A DNA stretch of 64,000 bases from Fonticula alba ATCC 38817 (taxonomy: Eukaryota; Protista; Nucleariida), in assembly GCA_000388065.2 (NCBI GenBank), contig KB932207.1; one strand, given 5' to 3'. This document shows positions 1-13,912 of this stretch, piece after piece. Within the stretch, counting starts at the first letter, position 1. The number at the start of each line of letters is the position of its first letter. A program made the position numbers and the translations under genes. The notes beneath the pieces were generated by a model. It was not told where the DNA came from. It did not search any database and was given only the letters and a program-made list of their open reading frames with translations.

Positions 1-406
1 GAGGCATTTGCGCGGCGCAGGGGGGGAGGGGGGGGGGTGCGCAAAGAGATCTCAGCCGAGCATGCCCCGGCGTCTGTGTCGGCGCTTTGACCGTCCGCAG
101 GGTGGACTATACCGAGGGCACAGGCATGTGGGAAGCTGGGTTCTGGAACAACCCGATGGTTGTCCTTGTCGGAGAGGGCGGGAAAACCCAGCTCCCTAGG
201 CAAAACTATGCCTCCTGCCCCCTCGCCCACACCGCTGACGGCGAGGTATTTCCAGAGATGAAAAAAAAAGAAGCCCCGCACACCTGCGCAAGAAGAGGGC
301 AATCATTGGCCGGACCCGTCTGCGAGGGACGTCCATGCGCCGCGCGCACCGAAGCGCGCAAACGAATGTTGGCCGCAAAAAACGGAGGATGGAGCGGGAT
401 GCCGAG

Positions 407-437
<31 letters not shown>

Positions 438-1432
438 CCAGCAGTGAGGGAGTGAGGTCTTCCAGCGTCTGTTCATCACCGGTCTGCACGAAGTCCCGGC
501 GCGAGGAAACCACCGGAGGACTCGCCAAAAATGGTTCTACACCTGCACGGTTGTCGACCGCCCTCTGGGGCCGCCCCACGGGGAGGGCAGAAGGATCCGC
601 CCGGGTTTACCCCACAATCACAGACACGCATGCACACGCCCTCTGTTCCCATATTCACGTGGTGGGATATAACACCATTCCGCACCTCACGGGGCTTACT
701 CACGAATGAGACATGATCCTATTATCCGTAAGAGCTCCCCGTATTTCAGCTCCATGCGGCGGGCGACGGCCGTGTGCCCGCATGCGCCACGCTTGCACCT
801 GAAGCACATACGGACGCACACGGGCGGGGGGGGGGACGGTGGGGGGGGGGGGCTGCACGGGCGGCCCCCCGCCGCCGGGGGGGGGAGGGGGGCGGACTGC
901 CTGCTTGGGGTCATCCCCGGCATCCGCCGTCCCCGCATCCCCGGAGAACGCATGAGGACCTGGAGCCCTCCGGGCCTGGGGATGGCTTGAGGATGGGTTG
1001 GATGCCCCCCCCCTCGACCCCGCCCGGCCCCGCCCGGCCCCGCCCGGCCCCGCCCGGCCCAATCCGACTCTCACTCGGCGTCTCCCGTGTGCGTGGAGAC
1101 CGGGGCCGGCTGGAGGCAAGCCCCGCGCGTCCATGCTGAGGGGGAGAAGAAGACAGACCACCACGATGCACCCCGGCCGCCCAGAGGTCCTTTCATCCAG
1201 CAGAGCCCCCTCGCCCTCCCCCTCCATCCCTTCCCTCTTCCTCCTCCTGCACGCACCTACACACACGGACACACACGGACACACACACACACACGCACAC
1301 ACGCACACGCACACGCACACATACACACGCGCGCGCACCCGCCACGCCACGCTCCTCCCTCTCCAGCCCGCCCCGGATCTGCGCCCCCGGCTCTGCTTGC
1401 CTCTCTCCTCTTGGCCTTCCTCTTGGCGTGCC

Positions 1433-2910
1433 ATGTCGAAGAAATCCCCCCCCACTAAGTCGCTTGTCGCCTCCGCCAGCGCCTCTTCGGCCGGTACATG
1501 ACCCATCTCCTGTCTCTCTCTCTCCCCCCCCAATCTCTCATGCTCGTCTTCTCCCTTTCCCTCAAACACAGACATATCCACCAGAGCCCCTTCTGACTCC
1601 TGATTTGCCCCTCCCCCCCCCTCCCCCTCTCGATAGTGGAGCAGGACTTCCCTCGTGGTGGCTCTACTGGCCTGGCGCCGGTCGAGTACCGGGACGCCCG
1701 TCGCCAGGCCCAGGCTGACGCCGAGAAGGAGGTGCGCCTCGAGTCCGGTGTCTGGTTGCTGCGCCACTTTCTGAATGCACCATTTACTAATCACCCTCCC
1801 TCCCCCCCCCCCCTGCCCTCCTGCCTTCCTCTTGCCTGCCCCGTGTCCAGCTCCTGACCAAGCTCGGCAAGCGCTCGGCCCAGGACGATGAGCTGACCGC
1901 TGCGCCGAAGAGCAAGCGCCTCAAGAAGAAGGATCAGGCTGCCGCAGCTCCGACCAATGTGGTCATCCCCCCGATTGTGTCCCTCCGCTTCAAGGTACAT
2001 CCCCCGTCCTGGGGATTGGCTCGTCCCCCGGTCTTTTCGCCGCTCCCTCCCACGCGACCTCCCTGCTGACTGGCCCTTTTCCCGGGTGCACCACGCTAGT
2101 CCCTGCGCACGGGCATGTCTCTGCTTGGTGCGATCAAGGAGATCGGCGAGCTCGAGCTGGCCATCTCCCTGCCGAATGGCCTCACTGGCTACGTGCACAT
2201 TGCGGAGATCTCGCCCTACGTCACGGCGCAGGTGGAGCACGTCGCCGCCCAGGAGGGTGACGACATCTCCCTCCCCAACCTGGCGGAGATTTTCCGCGTC
2301 GGCGACTTCGTCCGCTGCGTTATCACCGAGCTTGGACGCACCGAAACCAACCGCAACCGCATCGATCTTTCGATCAACCCGCAGAAGGTCAACCTCGGCA
2401 TCACTGCTGATGACCTTGTCTCCAACATGGTACGCCCTCCTCCTCCCTCCGACGTGTGCTGGCCATGCAACATTTGTGTCCCCCTGCATTTGCCTTCACA
2501 CACACACACACACATGCACTCATGCACACGCCTGTAAGCATGAGCGTGGCTGCGTCTTCACTTGCCCATCCACCTTTCTGACACCCCTGCCCGGTCCCCG
2601 TGCGCCGTCCGATAGATGCTCTCGTGCAGCGTCAAGAGCATCGAAGACCACGGCTACCAGCTGGACATCGGTCAGCAGGATGTCCGTGGCTTCCTGCGCA
2701 ACTCCGATGCCAAGGACTTCATCGAGAAGCGGGGCCGGCCGCTGGCCCTCGGCGAGGTGCTCATTGCCAATGTGCACTCGATTAATGGCGGTGTCGCTCG
2801 GGTCACCCTCAACCCGAGTGTCCTCTCGACGGCCGTGGTGCGTGAGCCGTTGCTCTCTTCTGAGCGTCCTCCTGGCTGCCTCTCCCTCCCTCTGTCTGAC
2901 ACACTCACAT

Positions 2911-2956
<46 letters not shown>

Positions 2957-5900
2957 CAAGGTCAGTCAGGTGTCTACCTGGGATAGCCTTAAGCCCGGTG
3001 TCCGGGTGTCGGCCTTCGTCGACCATGTCATTCCCTCGGGTCTGCGCACCACCGTACTTGGCAGCTTCAAGGGCACCATTGACATCTTCAACCTGGGCAT
3101 CAGCAATCTCTTCTCGGCCCCGATCGAGTCGCTTTTCAGCCCGGGCACCCGTGTACGTGTGCCTGCAATGCCTGTCTCCTCCCTTCGCGGCTTTGATCTC
3201 CCCTCTCCTTCGCGCACGCGCGCGTGCACATGCGCAGGCCTGCCCCTAACACCATCTCCTTTGTCGACCCTGGACGCGGGGTAAAAAAAAAACAACAACA
3301 CTCAGATTGAAGCTCGTGTGATCTTCGTCAATGTCGTTGACCAGGTCATTGGTCTGTCGCTTCTGGAGCACGTCCTGGCCCTGAAGCCGTGTGCCTTCAC
3401 CGCGCCGGCCTCTCAGCTGCGCATGGGTGCCTTCTTCGAGCAGGCCACCGTCACCGGCGCTGACGAGCACTCCGGTGTGGCCCTGTCCCTGGGCGATGGC
3501 ATGCATGGCTTCGCGCACGCCACGCGCCTGGTCAATGACACGGAGAAGATCAAGAACTTCGACCGCTCCTTCGGGATTGGCACTCGTCACCGGTGCCGTG
3601 TCCTGTCAGTGGACTACTTCTCCAGCCTGCTGCAGGTGACCCTGCAGCCTTCGGTGCTGGCTATCCCCTACATCTCGTATGCCGACCTCTCCGCCAAAAA
3701 AAAAATCCAGGGGCAGGTCCTGTCCCACCAGGACGCCGGGTTCCTGGTGCAGCTGTGTGACGGCATCGTCGGCTACTGCTCCTACAACCACGCCAGCGAT
3801 GTGCCGCTTTCCTCCTACGCCAAGAAGTTCCCCGAGAAGTCCAAGGCTCGGTTCCTGGTGCGTGCATTGGGCACTTGCTGCCTGCTGACGACTCTTGGTG
3901 CACCTGTCCCCATGTGACCCGCCACTCTGACCTGCGATGGATTTGTGTCTTGTCCTTTCTCTTGCTGCACCTTCACACGCACGCACGCACGCACGCATGC
4001 ACGCACGCGCGCGCCCGCCCACCGGCTGTCATCGACGCAGGTCATGTCTTGCGATCCTGCTCGTAAGCGCCTGGTCCTGAACGCGCGCCGGTCCATGGTC
4101 CAGATGAAGGGGGGCAAGTACTTCACCGACATCAATGCCATCAAGGTGGGCGATGTCAGCGTGGGTCTTGTGTCGCACGTCGCCGAGTATGGCCTCTTCG
4201 TGCGCTTCCTCAACAATGTTTCCGGCATGGCGCACATCTCGCAGCTGTCCCAGTCGCACGTCAGCGACGTGAGCCAGATGTTCAAGCGCTTCCAGCCGGT
4301 CCGTGCCCGGGTGATCGCCATCGACAACGAGCGCGGCCGGCTCAGCCTCAGCCTGATCATGGACGACAATGTGTCGGCTGACGGCAAGGACATGGCCAGC
4401 CTCGTTGCCGCTGCCAGTGCGTGTGCCATCCGCGCCCCGCCATGCGAGGAAGAATGCATCTTGCCTTCCCACCTTTTTTTTCCCCCCCTCCCCACAAACT
4501 GGCCCCCTTACCGCTCCTCCCCTGTCTGCCGTGCCCGGTCGGCCTCTCTCTCTCTTTCTCTCCTTCCCTTGCAGAGGACAACCCCGCCAGCATCATCGGC
4601 AAGACCCTCACCTGCACGGTGAAGAGCGTGGACACCGGCTCGGCCCTCGTGTCGCTCGGACCCTCGACCAATGCCCGGGTCTCCGTCGTGGATGTGGTTG
4701 ATGGTTTCCCCACTCGGCCTCTGGCTGCCCTCTCGGCCGGTCAGCGCACCAAGTGTCGCATCATTCGCTTCGACCCGGAGCGGTATGTTCTCATTTCCCC
4801 CCTCCTGCTCTCCAACGCATCTCTCTCTCTCCCTTGCTGCCTTTGTCCTCCCAAGGAGCCTCCTAACGCCCGAACGATGTTGCCCTGCCGCTATGCCTGG
4901 GTGTGTGTGTGTGTGTGTGTCTGCTCGACTACACAGCAACTTCATCGATGTTACTCTTCGCAAGTCCCTCCTCAGCCAGGAGACCCTGTCTCTCAGCGTG
5001 CCTGAGGACACTGGCTCCGCGCAGGCTCCCCTGCAGCTGGTTGTTGCCTCGCAGCTGCAGGCCGGCCAGATTGTTGGTGGCTACGTGTCGGCCATCAATC
5101 AGGGCGGTATTTTCGTCCAACTGACGTCCGAGATGTTTGGTCGGATCAAGGTGCGTGTCCGATGTTGACTCCCTCTCTTTCTCTCTCTTCCCGATCTCGA
5201 CCCCAAGCACACCTCAGGCTACTTCTGTGTACGCATAGCCCCCCCCCCCCCCCCCCCTCCCATACTCACTTCCTCCCCGCTTTCCTCTTGGGGCCTGAAT
5301 TGGGCAGATTTCCGAGATCTCCGACCTCTTTATCAAGGACTGGCAGTCGACCGTCTCTGTCGGCCAGCCGGTCTCGGTCTACGTGATCAGCGTGGATCAT
5401 GCCAACCTGCGGGCCGAGCTGTCTCTGCGTGAGAGCCGCTTGAACCCGTCGGTCTCCACGGTGACCGTGGGCCAGCGCCTGCGCGGGTCAATCAACCGCA
5501 TTGTCGACTTCGGCCTGTTTGTCAGCGTGTCCCCGACGCTGCGTGGCCTGTGCCACATCAACCAGGTGCCCCAGTATGCGGTGGGCACAAAGATGACGCC
5601 GGAGCAGCTGCATGCCAACTACCAGATCGGCCAGCTGGTGCAGGTGATGGTGATCAGCTACGACGCGGCTACCCGGAAGATCGGCTTCAGCATGCTGCCC
5701 GAGCACTTTGAGAACATCAGCGACACTCAGGTGGAGGACTTCGGTGTGCAGGCCCTGGCCGAGTCGATCAAGCAGCATCATACCGACGATCGGGCCCGCC
5801 CGCAGCAGGGTGTCTCGGCGGCGGCCGCCCTGCTGGCGGCCCTTTCCGCCTCGGATGACAACTTGTCCACCACCGATGAGGAGGGCACCAGCGACTCCGA

Positions 5901-7375
5901 CATGGTGGAGTCCGACTCCGATGAGGACATGGTTGATGCCCACAGCGGCCCGGCCTCCGACTCGGATGACGACGAGGACATGGACCTCGAGTCCGATGAG
6001 GATGATGATGATGATGATGATGAGACTGGCAACACTGGCACCCTGGTGTCGGCCGGCCAGTTCGACTGGTCTGGCTCGCTGGCGCCGGTGGTCCAGTCCG
6101 ACAGCGATGCCGCCGACTCCGGCCTCGAGTCGGCCGAGGACGACACCGACGAGGAGGATGGCGAGGATGGGGCCTCGGAGGCCTCCTCTCGCCAGAAGGC
6201 CAAGCGTGCCAAGCAGCGTGCCAAGCGCGAGCGCGAGCAGGAGATCCTGGCGCGCGAGCGTGAGCTGGCTGCCGAGGTTAGCGGCACCGGTGCCACCCCT
6301 CGCACGGCCGACGACTTCGACCGTCTGCTGCTTTCCTCGCCCAACTCCTCCTTCCTCTGGATCAAGTTCATGGCCTTCCACCTTAGCACTGCCCAGATTG
6401 ACCAGGCCCGTGCGGTGGCTGAGCGTGCCCTTTCCAGTACGTGTCCTCCAATGGGGGGGGAGGCGGGGATTTTTTCGGTCTCTTTCGGGACTTTTCCCTT
6501 CATCCTCCCTGCCTTCCCGCGCTGGCCTTTCCTGATGTGCTCGAACTGACGCCCTCATGCTGCCCCCGGTGCCGTACTCCCCTGCCTCCCCTCCTTCTCC
6601 TTCTCCGCGCCCCCTGCCGGCAATGCCACGAACAGCCATCGACTTCCGCCAGGAGCAGGAGAAGTACAACATCTGGATCGCCCTGCTGAACCTGGAGTCG
6701 CGCTTCGGCACGGAGCAGTCGTTCGCGGCGACCGCGGCCAAGGCGGCCCAATTTGCCGATGCCAAGAAGATCCTCCTGCAGGTGGCGTGCATCCACGAGC
6801 AGGCCGGGCGCCTGCAGCAGGCCCTGCTGGCCTTCCAGTGCTTTGTGAAGAAGTACAAGCAGAGCTCCAAGGCCTGGCTCAATTATGGGCAGTTCCTCCT
6901 CCGGTTGGCCCTGACCGGGGAGCGCATTCCCGAGATGGAGGAGGGTCTGGATGCGCCGCGTGTTCTCCAGCGCTCGCTGCTCAGCCTCCCTCGGCATAAG
7001 CACATCAAGACGATTGCCAAGTTTGCGCAGGCCGAGTTCCGTCTCGGGTCTCCGGAGCGTGGCCGGACCCTGTTCGAGGCTCTGCTTTCCAGCCACCCCA
7101 AGCGCCTGGACCTGTGGAGTGTCTATGTGGACATGGAGGTGCGCGCGGCCCACAACCCGGCCGCGCACTACATCGGCTCCGAGGAGGCGGGCACGGCGGA
7201 GCGCGTGCGTGCCCTGCTGGCCCGCCTGGCCAGCCTCACCTGGCCGGCCCGGTCGATGCGTTTCATTCTGAAGAAGTGGATGACCTATGAGGCGCGCAAC
7301 AACCCCGGCGACGAGGCGGCCCTGGACCGCGTGCGCACCCTGGCCCGGGAGTATGTCAGCTCGCTGGGCAACTGA
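1433..7375 (+). CDS. RRP5: rRNA biogenesis protein Rrp5/PDCD11 (multiple S1 domains, acidic linker, C-terminal TPR/HAT repeats), multi-exon
   Basis: ATG at 1433. Exon 2 encodes EQDFPRGG, the Rrp5 N-terminal motif. The junction SLRFK|[10 protein letters not shown] is followed by repeated S1-like exons ([35 protein letters not shown]). The C-terminus has [49 protein letters not shown] and [17 protein letters not shown] introns checked by eye keep frame; TGA at 7373-7375. Confidence 0.94.
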
Positions 7376-8465
7376 GTGCTGCCGGGAGCCGTGCCGGAAG
7401 AGAGACCACAAGGGTGGAGGAGCAGACAACGGGCAAGGAGACAAGCCGGAAGAGGCCACACATGAGACAGGCATCCGACGGGGCCGCGGCCGCGGCCGGG
7501 GGGGGGCGAGGGAGAGTGCATCTGGCCCTCTCCCCACCGCCGTGGCCGGCTTTTCCTCTGATCTGCCTTCTTCTTTGCGCCTCGGAGAATGCATTTGCCG
7601 GGTGGGGGGGGTTTGCCCTCGCCTGCATGCGGGATGATTCCCCTGGGCACGAAAAGGGCCGTCATACCCTTTCGGTGTCCAGTGCCTTTCCTTCTCTCCT
7701 GGACTTGGGCCAGCTTGTCGCTGGGCCCAGTGTAATAGATTTCATATTTTTTTTTCCAAGAGCCGAGCACGTGTCGTGTGACCCTCCGCGGCGGGTCTTT
7801 CATGGGCCAGGTAAACATGGGGAGAGGCCGCGTGGGACAATGTGCACTGGGCGCCCATGCGCAAGTGCATGTGGATGTTCGCGTGGCCGGGGTGAGGGTG
7901 GGGGGCAGCGAAGCACACCGAAGGCCAGGGGCCTGGGGGCGCGGGCCTGTGTGGGCGCGGGCCCTGGCCTTGAACAACGCCCCAGTGTAGCGAGTGGGTG
8001 CGGGCGGGGGTGAGGACGGGGGAACGGCAAAAACGCAATTCTGCCATCTCATTTGCCCGCGTCGGGGGGCGACTTGGCGCAATGACTGGCCCGGAAGCTC
8101 TTGGCGCCCGAGTGATAATTGGCCCCAGACCCCCCTGTTGTGAGGAGGCACAGCTCTTGCCCGGAGATGCTCCTGTGGCGTTGTTTTCTTCTTCATCTTC
8201 TTTTTGAGAGAAAGCATCTGCCCAAGGCACTCGCCCTTTTTGCATGGGCGGCGCGTGTGCACTGGGCCAGTTTTGAGGCAGATGAACTCTCTGAACGCCG
8301 GGAGAACAACTGGATGGCGATGCCCCCACAGGCAGGAGCACAAGCAACATCAATGCCCCCGACTGGACGAACCGGAAGTGGCTGCATTTGGACAGTTGGG
8401 CCAGCGAAACCATCAAGTTGAGCACCTGTGCGGGGCAGACCGGGAGGGAGAGCAGAGTAGAGAGC

Positions 8466-8541
<76 letters not shown>

Positions 8542-9208
8542 AATGTGACACACGGCCTTGCCCATATCGACGCCTCGCACACGGGAACATGGTGATGAAG
8601 CACAAAACTAAAATATATTACACAACTGGCACATTTGGTCATGGAATCTGCATCACCATGCAGTGAGAAGCTCAAGGACAACAAACGACAGGGATCGTTT
8701 CAAGGAGGGGAAGGGGAAGGGGGAACCGGGGGGAGGGAGAGGGAGGGATGGGGAGGGAGAGGGAGATGGAGAGGGAGAGGGAGGGATGGGGAGGGAGGAG
8801 GGGAGAACTAGAACAAAAAGGAGGAGGTCCAGGCGCACGCGCGCCGACGGGGATTTAGCCAACGCATGTTGCCCGTATCTGTCTCTTCTCCCGTGCGCCA
8901 GCGCGGAGAGGCAGGGCAGGGGAGAAGAGTAAATGAGAGGAGAGCAGCCATGTCCCCCCTCCTGAAGCCCCTCTCTCGGTGGTGGCCATTACCCCGCCTG
9001 GGTCTTGATGCTGGCGGGCACAACAGCACACCACAAGCATCCGGTCATAGCCTCGGACTGTGCGACGTCCCAGGGAGAGAGAGAGAGAGAGAGAGGGAGG
9101 GAGGGAGGGAGGGAGAGAGAAAGGGAGGGAGGGAGAGCGGGGGTGCTGGAGCCACGGAGAAGGAAACAATGAAAAAGTAACGGCAACTAGCGGGCAGCTT
9201 TTCTGACA

Positions 9209-11547
9209 TTAGAACCGGGGGCGTTTCTCCATGGGCTTGGTGGCAGCCGGCAGCACAGAGGGAACCTTGCCCAGCAGGGCGCTGATCGGCGCCCGGCCCT
9301 GGATCATGAGCATCATGTCCCGCTCGAAGTTCTTCTTCAGGTTGAGATACCGCATGCCGATGGCGATGTAGGACCCGCGCATGGCAAAGAGGCCACTGCT
9401 CTGGCCCAGGGACACCACCTGGGCAATGGGCTTCCCCGGGGAGGCGGCGGTGCCCTTGGTGCCGATGACCAGCGGGGCGCGGCCCTTCTCAATCCGGCAG
9501 ATGTTCCGCGCGATGGAGACGCCATGTGAGGCCGCGGCAAAGGCCAACTTCTCCACCTTGAGATTGGCCACATCGCCACCGGTGAAGATGTGATCAAAGC
9601 CAAACACCTGCAGGGTGGGCCGCGTCCGAATGAAGCCCGTGGTGTCCAGGAGGTTGCTGAAGTGGGCCTTGAGGAAGCGAGTCTGCGGGACTTGACCCGT
9701 GGCAAGGTAGAACTTGTCACACTCGATGATGCGCCCGGTGTCGGTCTCCATGCGCCGACCGGTGGTGTCCAGGTTGACCACCCGCTCGCCGAGGATGAGC
9801 TCCACCCCGAGGGACTCCAGGTAGGGAGCCACCAAACGGTGGGCCTTCTTGGGAAGACGCCGAAGGAGGAAGGGGCTGCTGCTGACCAGCATAATGTGCT
9901 TGGTGGGGAAGCGCTCGGCAAATTCGGCGGCCAGCTCCACGCCCACCGACCCACCACCGATGATGAGCACCGAGCGGGACTGCTCCAGCGACCGGAAATC
10001 CGCATTCAGCTTCTTCGTCCGGTAGGAGGTGGTGACATTGTTGCCGCGGATCTGCGAATTGTAGGTGGCCCCGGTGGCAATGACCAAATAGTCATAGGGG
10101 ATGGACTGGCCATCGGCGCGGACCTGGCGGTGGCACACCTCCGTGGCATACCCGATGACCACCCGGCCGTTGCGCACGTAGGAGGTATGCAAAAACCGAT
10201 GGTTCTCCACCAGCGAGGGGTTGGCCATGACCGTGGTGATGGATGGGGTCAGCTCGAAGTACTCCTTCGTGTCGACCAGGGTCACATGGAAGCGAGGCAT
10301 GGCATCCAGCAGCCGGGCACAGAAGGCCCCGAGGATGCCGCCGCCGACAATCACGACCCTCCGGGCATTGGGGGGAACAACTGAGCTGTGTGTGCGAGTG
10401 TGCGAGTGTGCGAGTGTGCGAGTGTGCGTGTGTAGAGGGCAAGACAAAAGTTAGGATCAGTTGCAGGAGGGGGCCCGGGGAGGCCCCCGGGGGAGGAGGG
10501 GGGGGGGGGGGGGGGGGGGTAAACCCGAGGGAAGAGAGGGCAGGAAGCAGGAGGGGATGGCCCCGTCACGCACAGGGTCGGGGCGATGTTCACGCGCGAC
10601 AGGGCATGCTTGAACTTGGGCAGGATGTTGGTCTCAATCAGGGAGCGAACTTCGCGCGCGGCCGGGTCGAACAGCGTGATCGGCTGGTTCTTGGGCATGG
10701 CCTTGATGATCTCCGGGGTGAGGGCCGTGGCGGCTTCGATGATGCGCTCGCGCGTCCGGTGCTCGATGTTCAGGGCCAGGGGCGACTCGCTGCGAATGTA
10801 GTCATTGAGGATCTCCTGGACAAGGCGCCACTCGGGGAAGCGCTTGAGCAGGGCCAACTCCTCCAGGAAGAAGACATTCTCCTCGGCGAACTCGGTGCCG
10901 GCGAAAACCCGCAGAGCAGTACGCAGGTCCGACCGGCCGAGGACATCATCCAGCGAGAGGGAGTCCGACCGGGACTCGGCCAGCGACCGGGGAAGGGACC
11001 CGGTGTCGGTGATTCCCGCCAGGCCCGGGGCGCCGCCACTGGTGGGCGAGGGCGGCACCGAGGAGAAGTGCGCGGCCGCCCGGCGGTGGGAGCGCTGGCG
11101 CGAGGGCTCCGAATCGGACGACGAGTCGAAGCTCAGCTTGCGGTAGGCCCGATCCAAGGCCAGCATGGAGGTGGACTCGGCCCGGAGGGTCGGCTCGCCG
11201 CCATTGGGCCGGGTGGCGAAGGTGGGCGACCCGGGCGGGGTGGCCACGGTCGTCGAGCAAAGCCCGCCCTCCGGGTGGTCGGAGTAGGAGGAGGAATCCT
11301 CCTCGCCATCGAGGAGCCCACTGTCCCCGGGGTCGGCGCCAATGGCCCAGAGCTCCTCCAGGGCGCCGGTCGTGGCGGCCGACGAGGCGCAGTCCTGAGT
11401 GGAGGAGGTGTCTGGGGTGGTCTCGCCAGAGAGTGGCTGAGTGTACTCGCTGTCGGAGTCGGAGTCGGAGGCATTGGCGACGGCGTTGTTGCGCCGGTTG
11501 GCCACCCGGTTGCGGATGGTGCCCAGCAGCATGGGGGCACTGAGCAT
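9209..11547 (-). CDS. RGS-domain plus FSP1/AIFM2(AMID)-like FAD/NAD(P)H oxidoreductase fusion protein; 5' end uncertain (may extend towards the 12037-12296 gap)
   Basis: RGS motifs at about 10610-10965 (LDDVLGRSDLRTALRVFAGTEFAEENVFFLEE, LALNIEHRTRERI, LFDPAAREVRSLIETNILPKF). The intron 10573->10386 (CT|GTGCGT...CACAG|C) joins in frame as IAPTL-SVVPPNARRVVIVGGG. The oxidoreductase has VVIVGGGILG, LVIATG, VLIIGGGSVGVELAAE and IFTGGDVA; stop at 9209. Confidence 0.8.
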
Positions 11548-12036
11548 GGGAAGATGGGGGGGGGGAGAGAGAGAGAGAGAGAGGGAGGGAGGGAGGGGGA
11601 GCATGTGAGAAGGGAAGAGGGGCAGGGGGAGGGGGGGGGGGGCAAGGGAGGAAGGGGAAAGAGTGGAGGGACGCACCGGTAAACAGTCAGCGACCGAGAC
11701 TCCGGCTGTGTAGGGGGCGGGAGAGGGAGGGGGGTAGGGGGAAGGGAGGGAAAAGGACGGAGCGTCGGCGCGACTGTCGGGCGCAGAGGCGGGGGATTGG
11801 GGGGGGGGGAGAGGACAGGGAAATAGAATGAGAGAAGGGTGCCTCTGCAGCACCAGGCCGAGGTTTGGCGGGGTGCTGCCTTTCAAAGGGGAGGCGAGGC
11901 GCTGGAGCGGATTCCTACGATGCAGAGGGGCAGGGAGGGGACGGGTGTATAGGCACCTCCGGGCACGCCCTGGCCTGGAGCCCGTTCGAAGACGCAAGAA
12001 CAGTACACATGTAGCCAACGGGGCGGCCCCCCCCCC

Positions 12037-12296
12037 NNNNNNNNNNNNNNNNNNNNNNNNNNNNNNNNNNNNNNNNNNNNNNNNNNNNNNNNNNNNNNNN
12101 NNNNNNNNNNNNNNNNNNNNNNNNNNNNNNNNNNNNNNNNNNNNNNNNNNNNNNNNNNNNNNNNNNNNNNNNNNNNNNNNNNNNNNNNNNNNNNNNNNNN
12201 NNNNNNNNNNNNNNNNNNNNNNNNNNNNNNNNNNNNNNNNNNNNNNNNNNNNNNNNNNNNNNNNNNNNNNNNNNNNNNNNNNNNNNNNNNNNNNNN
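12037..12296. other. Assembly gap (N run); further gaps at 14399-14440, 20151-20160, about 22841-22925, 32633-32642 and 49113-49122
   Basis: Runs of n; those at 12037, 20151 and 22841 are flanked by poly-G/C tracts. Confidence 0.98.
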
Positions 12297-13912
12297 GGGG
12301 GGACAAGAGAAAAGCGCGGCATCGTGCAGGCAGCCGGCCGAGTGCCCGAACGGCGCCCATTCGGCTTGGGGCTCGGCCTTCGAGCGGAGTGTCTGCCTGC
12401 CCTGGTCGTGAAGGGCCCACCGGGCGGCGGGTGATTTGAAACAGGTTGCAAAGGGGCTGCGAGCGGGAGCCCGGCCCGGGGGCGGCGCCGGTCGGCACAC
12501 ATTGCGATCAACACCCACTAGAGTCGGACGCGACCGGTGGAGGGACCGCCCCGGCCGAGAAGGCCCCACGTTTGCCCGAAGGGACGGGCGCAGCACGCCG
12601 GTCTGCGCCAGAGGCCGGGGAGACAACAACTAGGGCAGAAGGGGAGATCTCCGGCCGGCCGGGCGGGGGGGGGGGGGCGGGGGCCCGAGCGGAGGGCGCA
12701 GGCGGGGGGGGCGGGGGGGGTGGGGGGGGGGGGGGGGTGGGGGGGGGGGGGGGGGGGGGGATCTCCGGGGGGGCGGGGGGGCCTGGCGGCGGGCCACGTT
12801 CCCGGCGGGCGCTGGCCGCCCGGTGGGTGGCCATTTTCAACGTGGCAGATCGCTCTGCGGGGCCGCGACCAGGTGGGGCGTCCACCTGGCGCTCTCCCAA
12901 GGGCGGAAAGTAGGCTCGCGAGAACACGCCTCAAAATGGGCCTTGATCAGGGCGATTGCTCCCCTTGGAAGCCAGGCTGCTGGGGGGGGGGGGGGGGAAG
13001 AAAGGCGGCCTCGGTCCCGAGGGAGCAATCCGTCCGCTGGCCCCCTTGCCCGGGGGCTGGCGGGGGTGAGGACGGCGGCGTGGGGCGACGCGCCAACCGC
13101 CGGAGAGTGTCCGGGGCGCAGCCACGTTGTGTGCCCCACGCGCGCGCGCGCGCGCGCGCGCGGGCGCGCCCCCGGGGCGTACATGTGCAACCTCCGCCCC
13201 CGCCGCCGGGGCAGCAAGGGTGGGCACGCAGTGCTGGGCATTTGGCAGACGGTATTCGAAGGGGGCAGGGTTATCAGGATTTTTGAGATATCCTGTTCGC
13301 GATCAGAGGCACGCGCACGGCCGCACGTTCACTCGCGCGGGCACGCCCATGCACCGGCGAACGTGTGCGCGCGAGGACGCACGTCCGGCCGAGGGGGGGA
13401 GTCGGCCACACCCGGGCGGCCCGGTCTGCGGCCGTCCGCGAAAAACACATATGCACCCGGCTCGGGCGCCGGCACGGGGCGGGGGCAGAGTGTGTCGCGC
13501 GTGCGGCCGGGCCCAACGTCGAGCTCGTCAGATTGCTAGGCCGGGGTTGCGTTCGCCCCAACTTGTGCGCCGCGCCTCGTTCGCGAGCGCGCCCAGGGCC
13601 AACGCGCATGGATGGCCTCGGCCCGGGGGCTGGGGAGGGGGCTGGGGGAGGGGGCTGGGGGAGGGGTCGGGGCGCGGCCTGAAAGCACCTAGAGAGAGCG
13701 AGAGAGAGCGAGAGAGAGACCGAGAATGAGGGAGGTATGTGGGTACCGGGCGGGACAGCTTTGTTGCCGGGCCCGGGGTACCCCTGCTCGGGCCTCGCCC
13801 GGGCCGGGCCACATCCGGGCAGGCAGCCTGCCGAGCTCGCTTGAGGGCGTGACAGGATGCCCAAATGAAGGCGCCGAAAGGGTGGGCCTGTGTCAGGCGG
13901 CCGTCCGCCAGC

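Noticed and set aside
100-1135. Possible small spliced minus-strand gene divergent from RRP5 (exon-like 799-705 with CAG| and |GTGAGT sites)
   Set aside because: Several frames are open and none gives a recognisable protein; I cannot support a model.
8000-9060. Exon-like minus-strand pieces (VLNLMVSLAQLSKCSHFRFVQSG...; MTGCLWCAVVPASIK...)
   Set aside because: No consistent splice model or motif; may be 3' UTR or a small unknown gene.
10381-10382. Alternative acceptor CTCAG| for the RGS-oxidoreductase intron
   Set aside because: Out of frame with the GTGCGT donor; the acceptor 5 nt upstream restores frame and was used instead.
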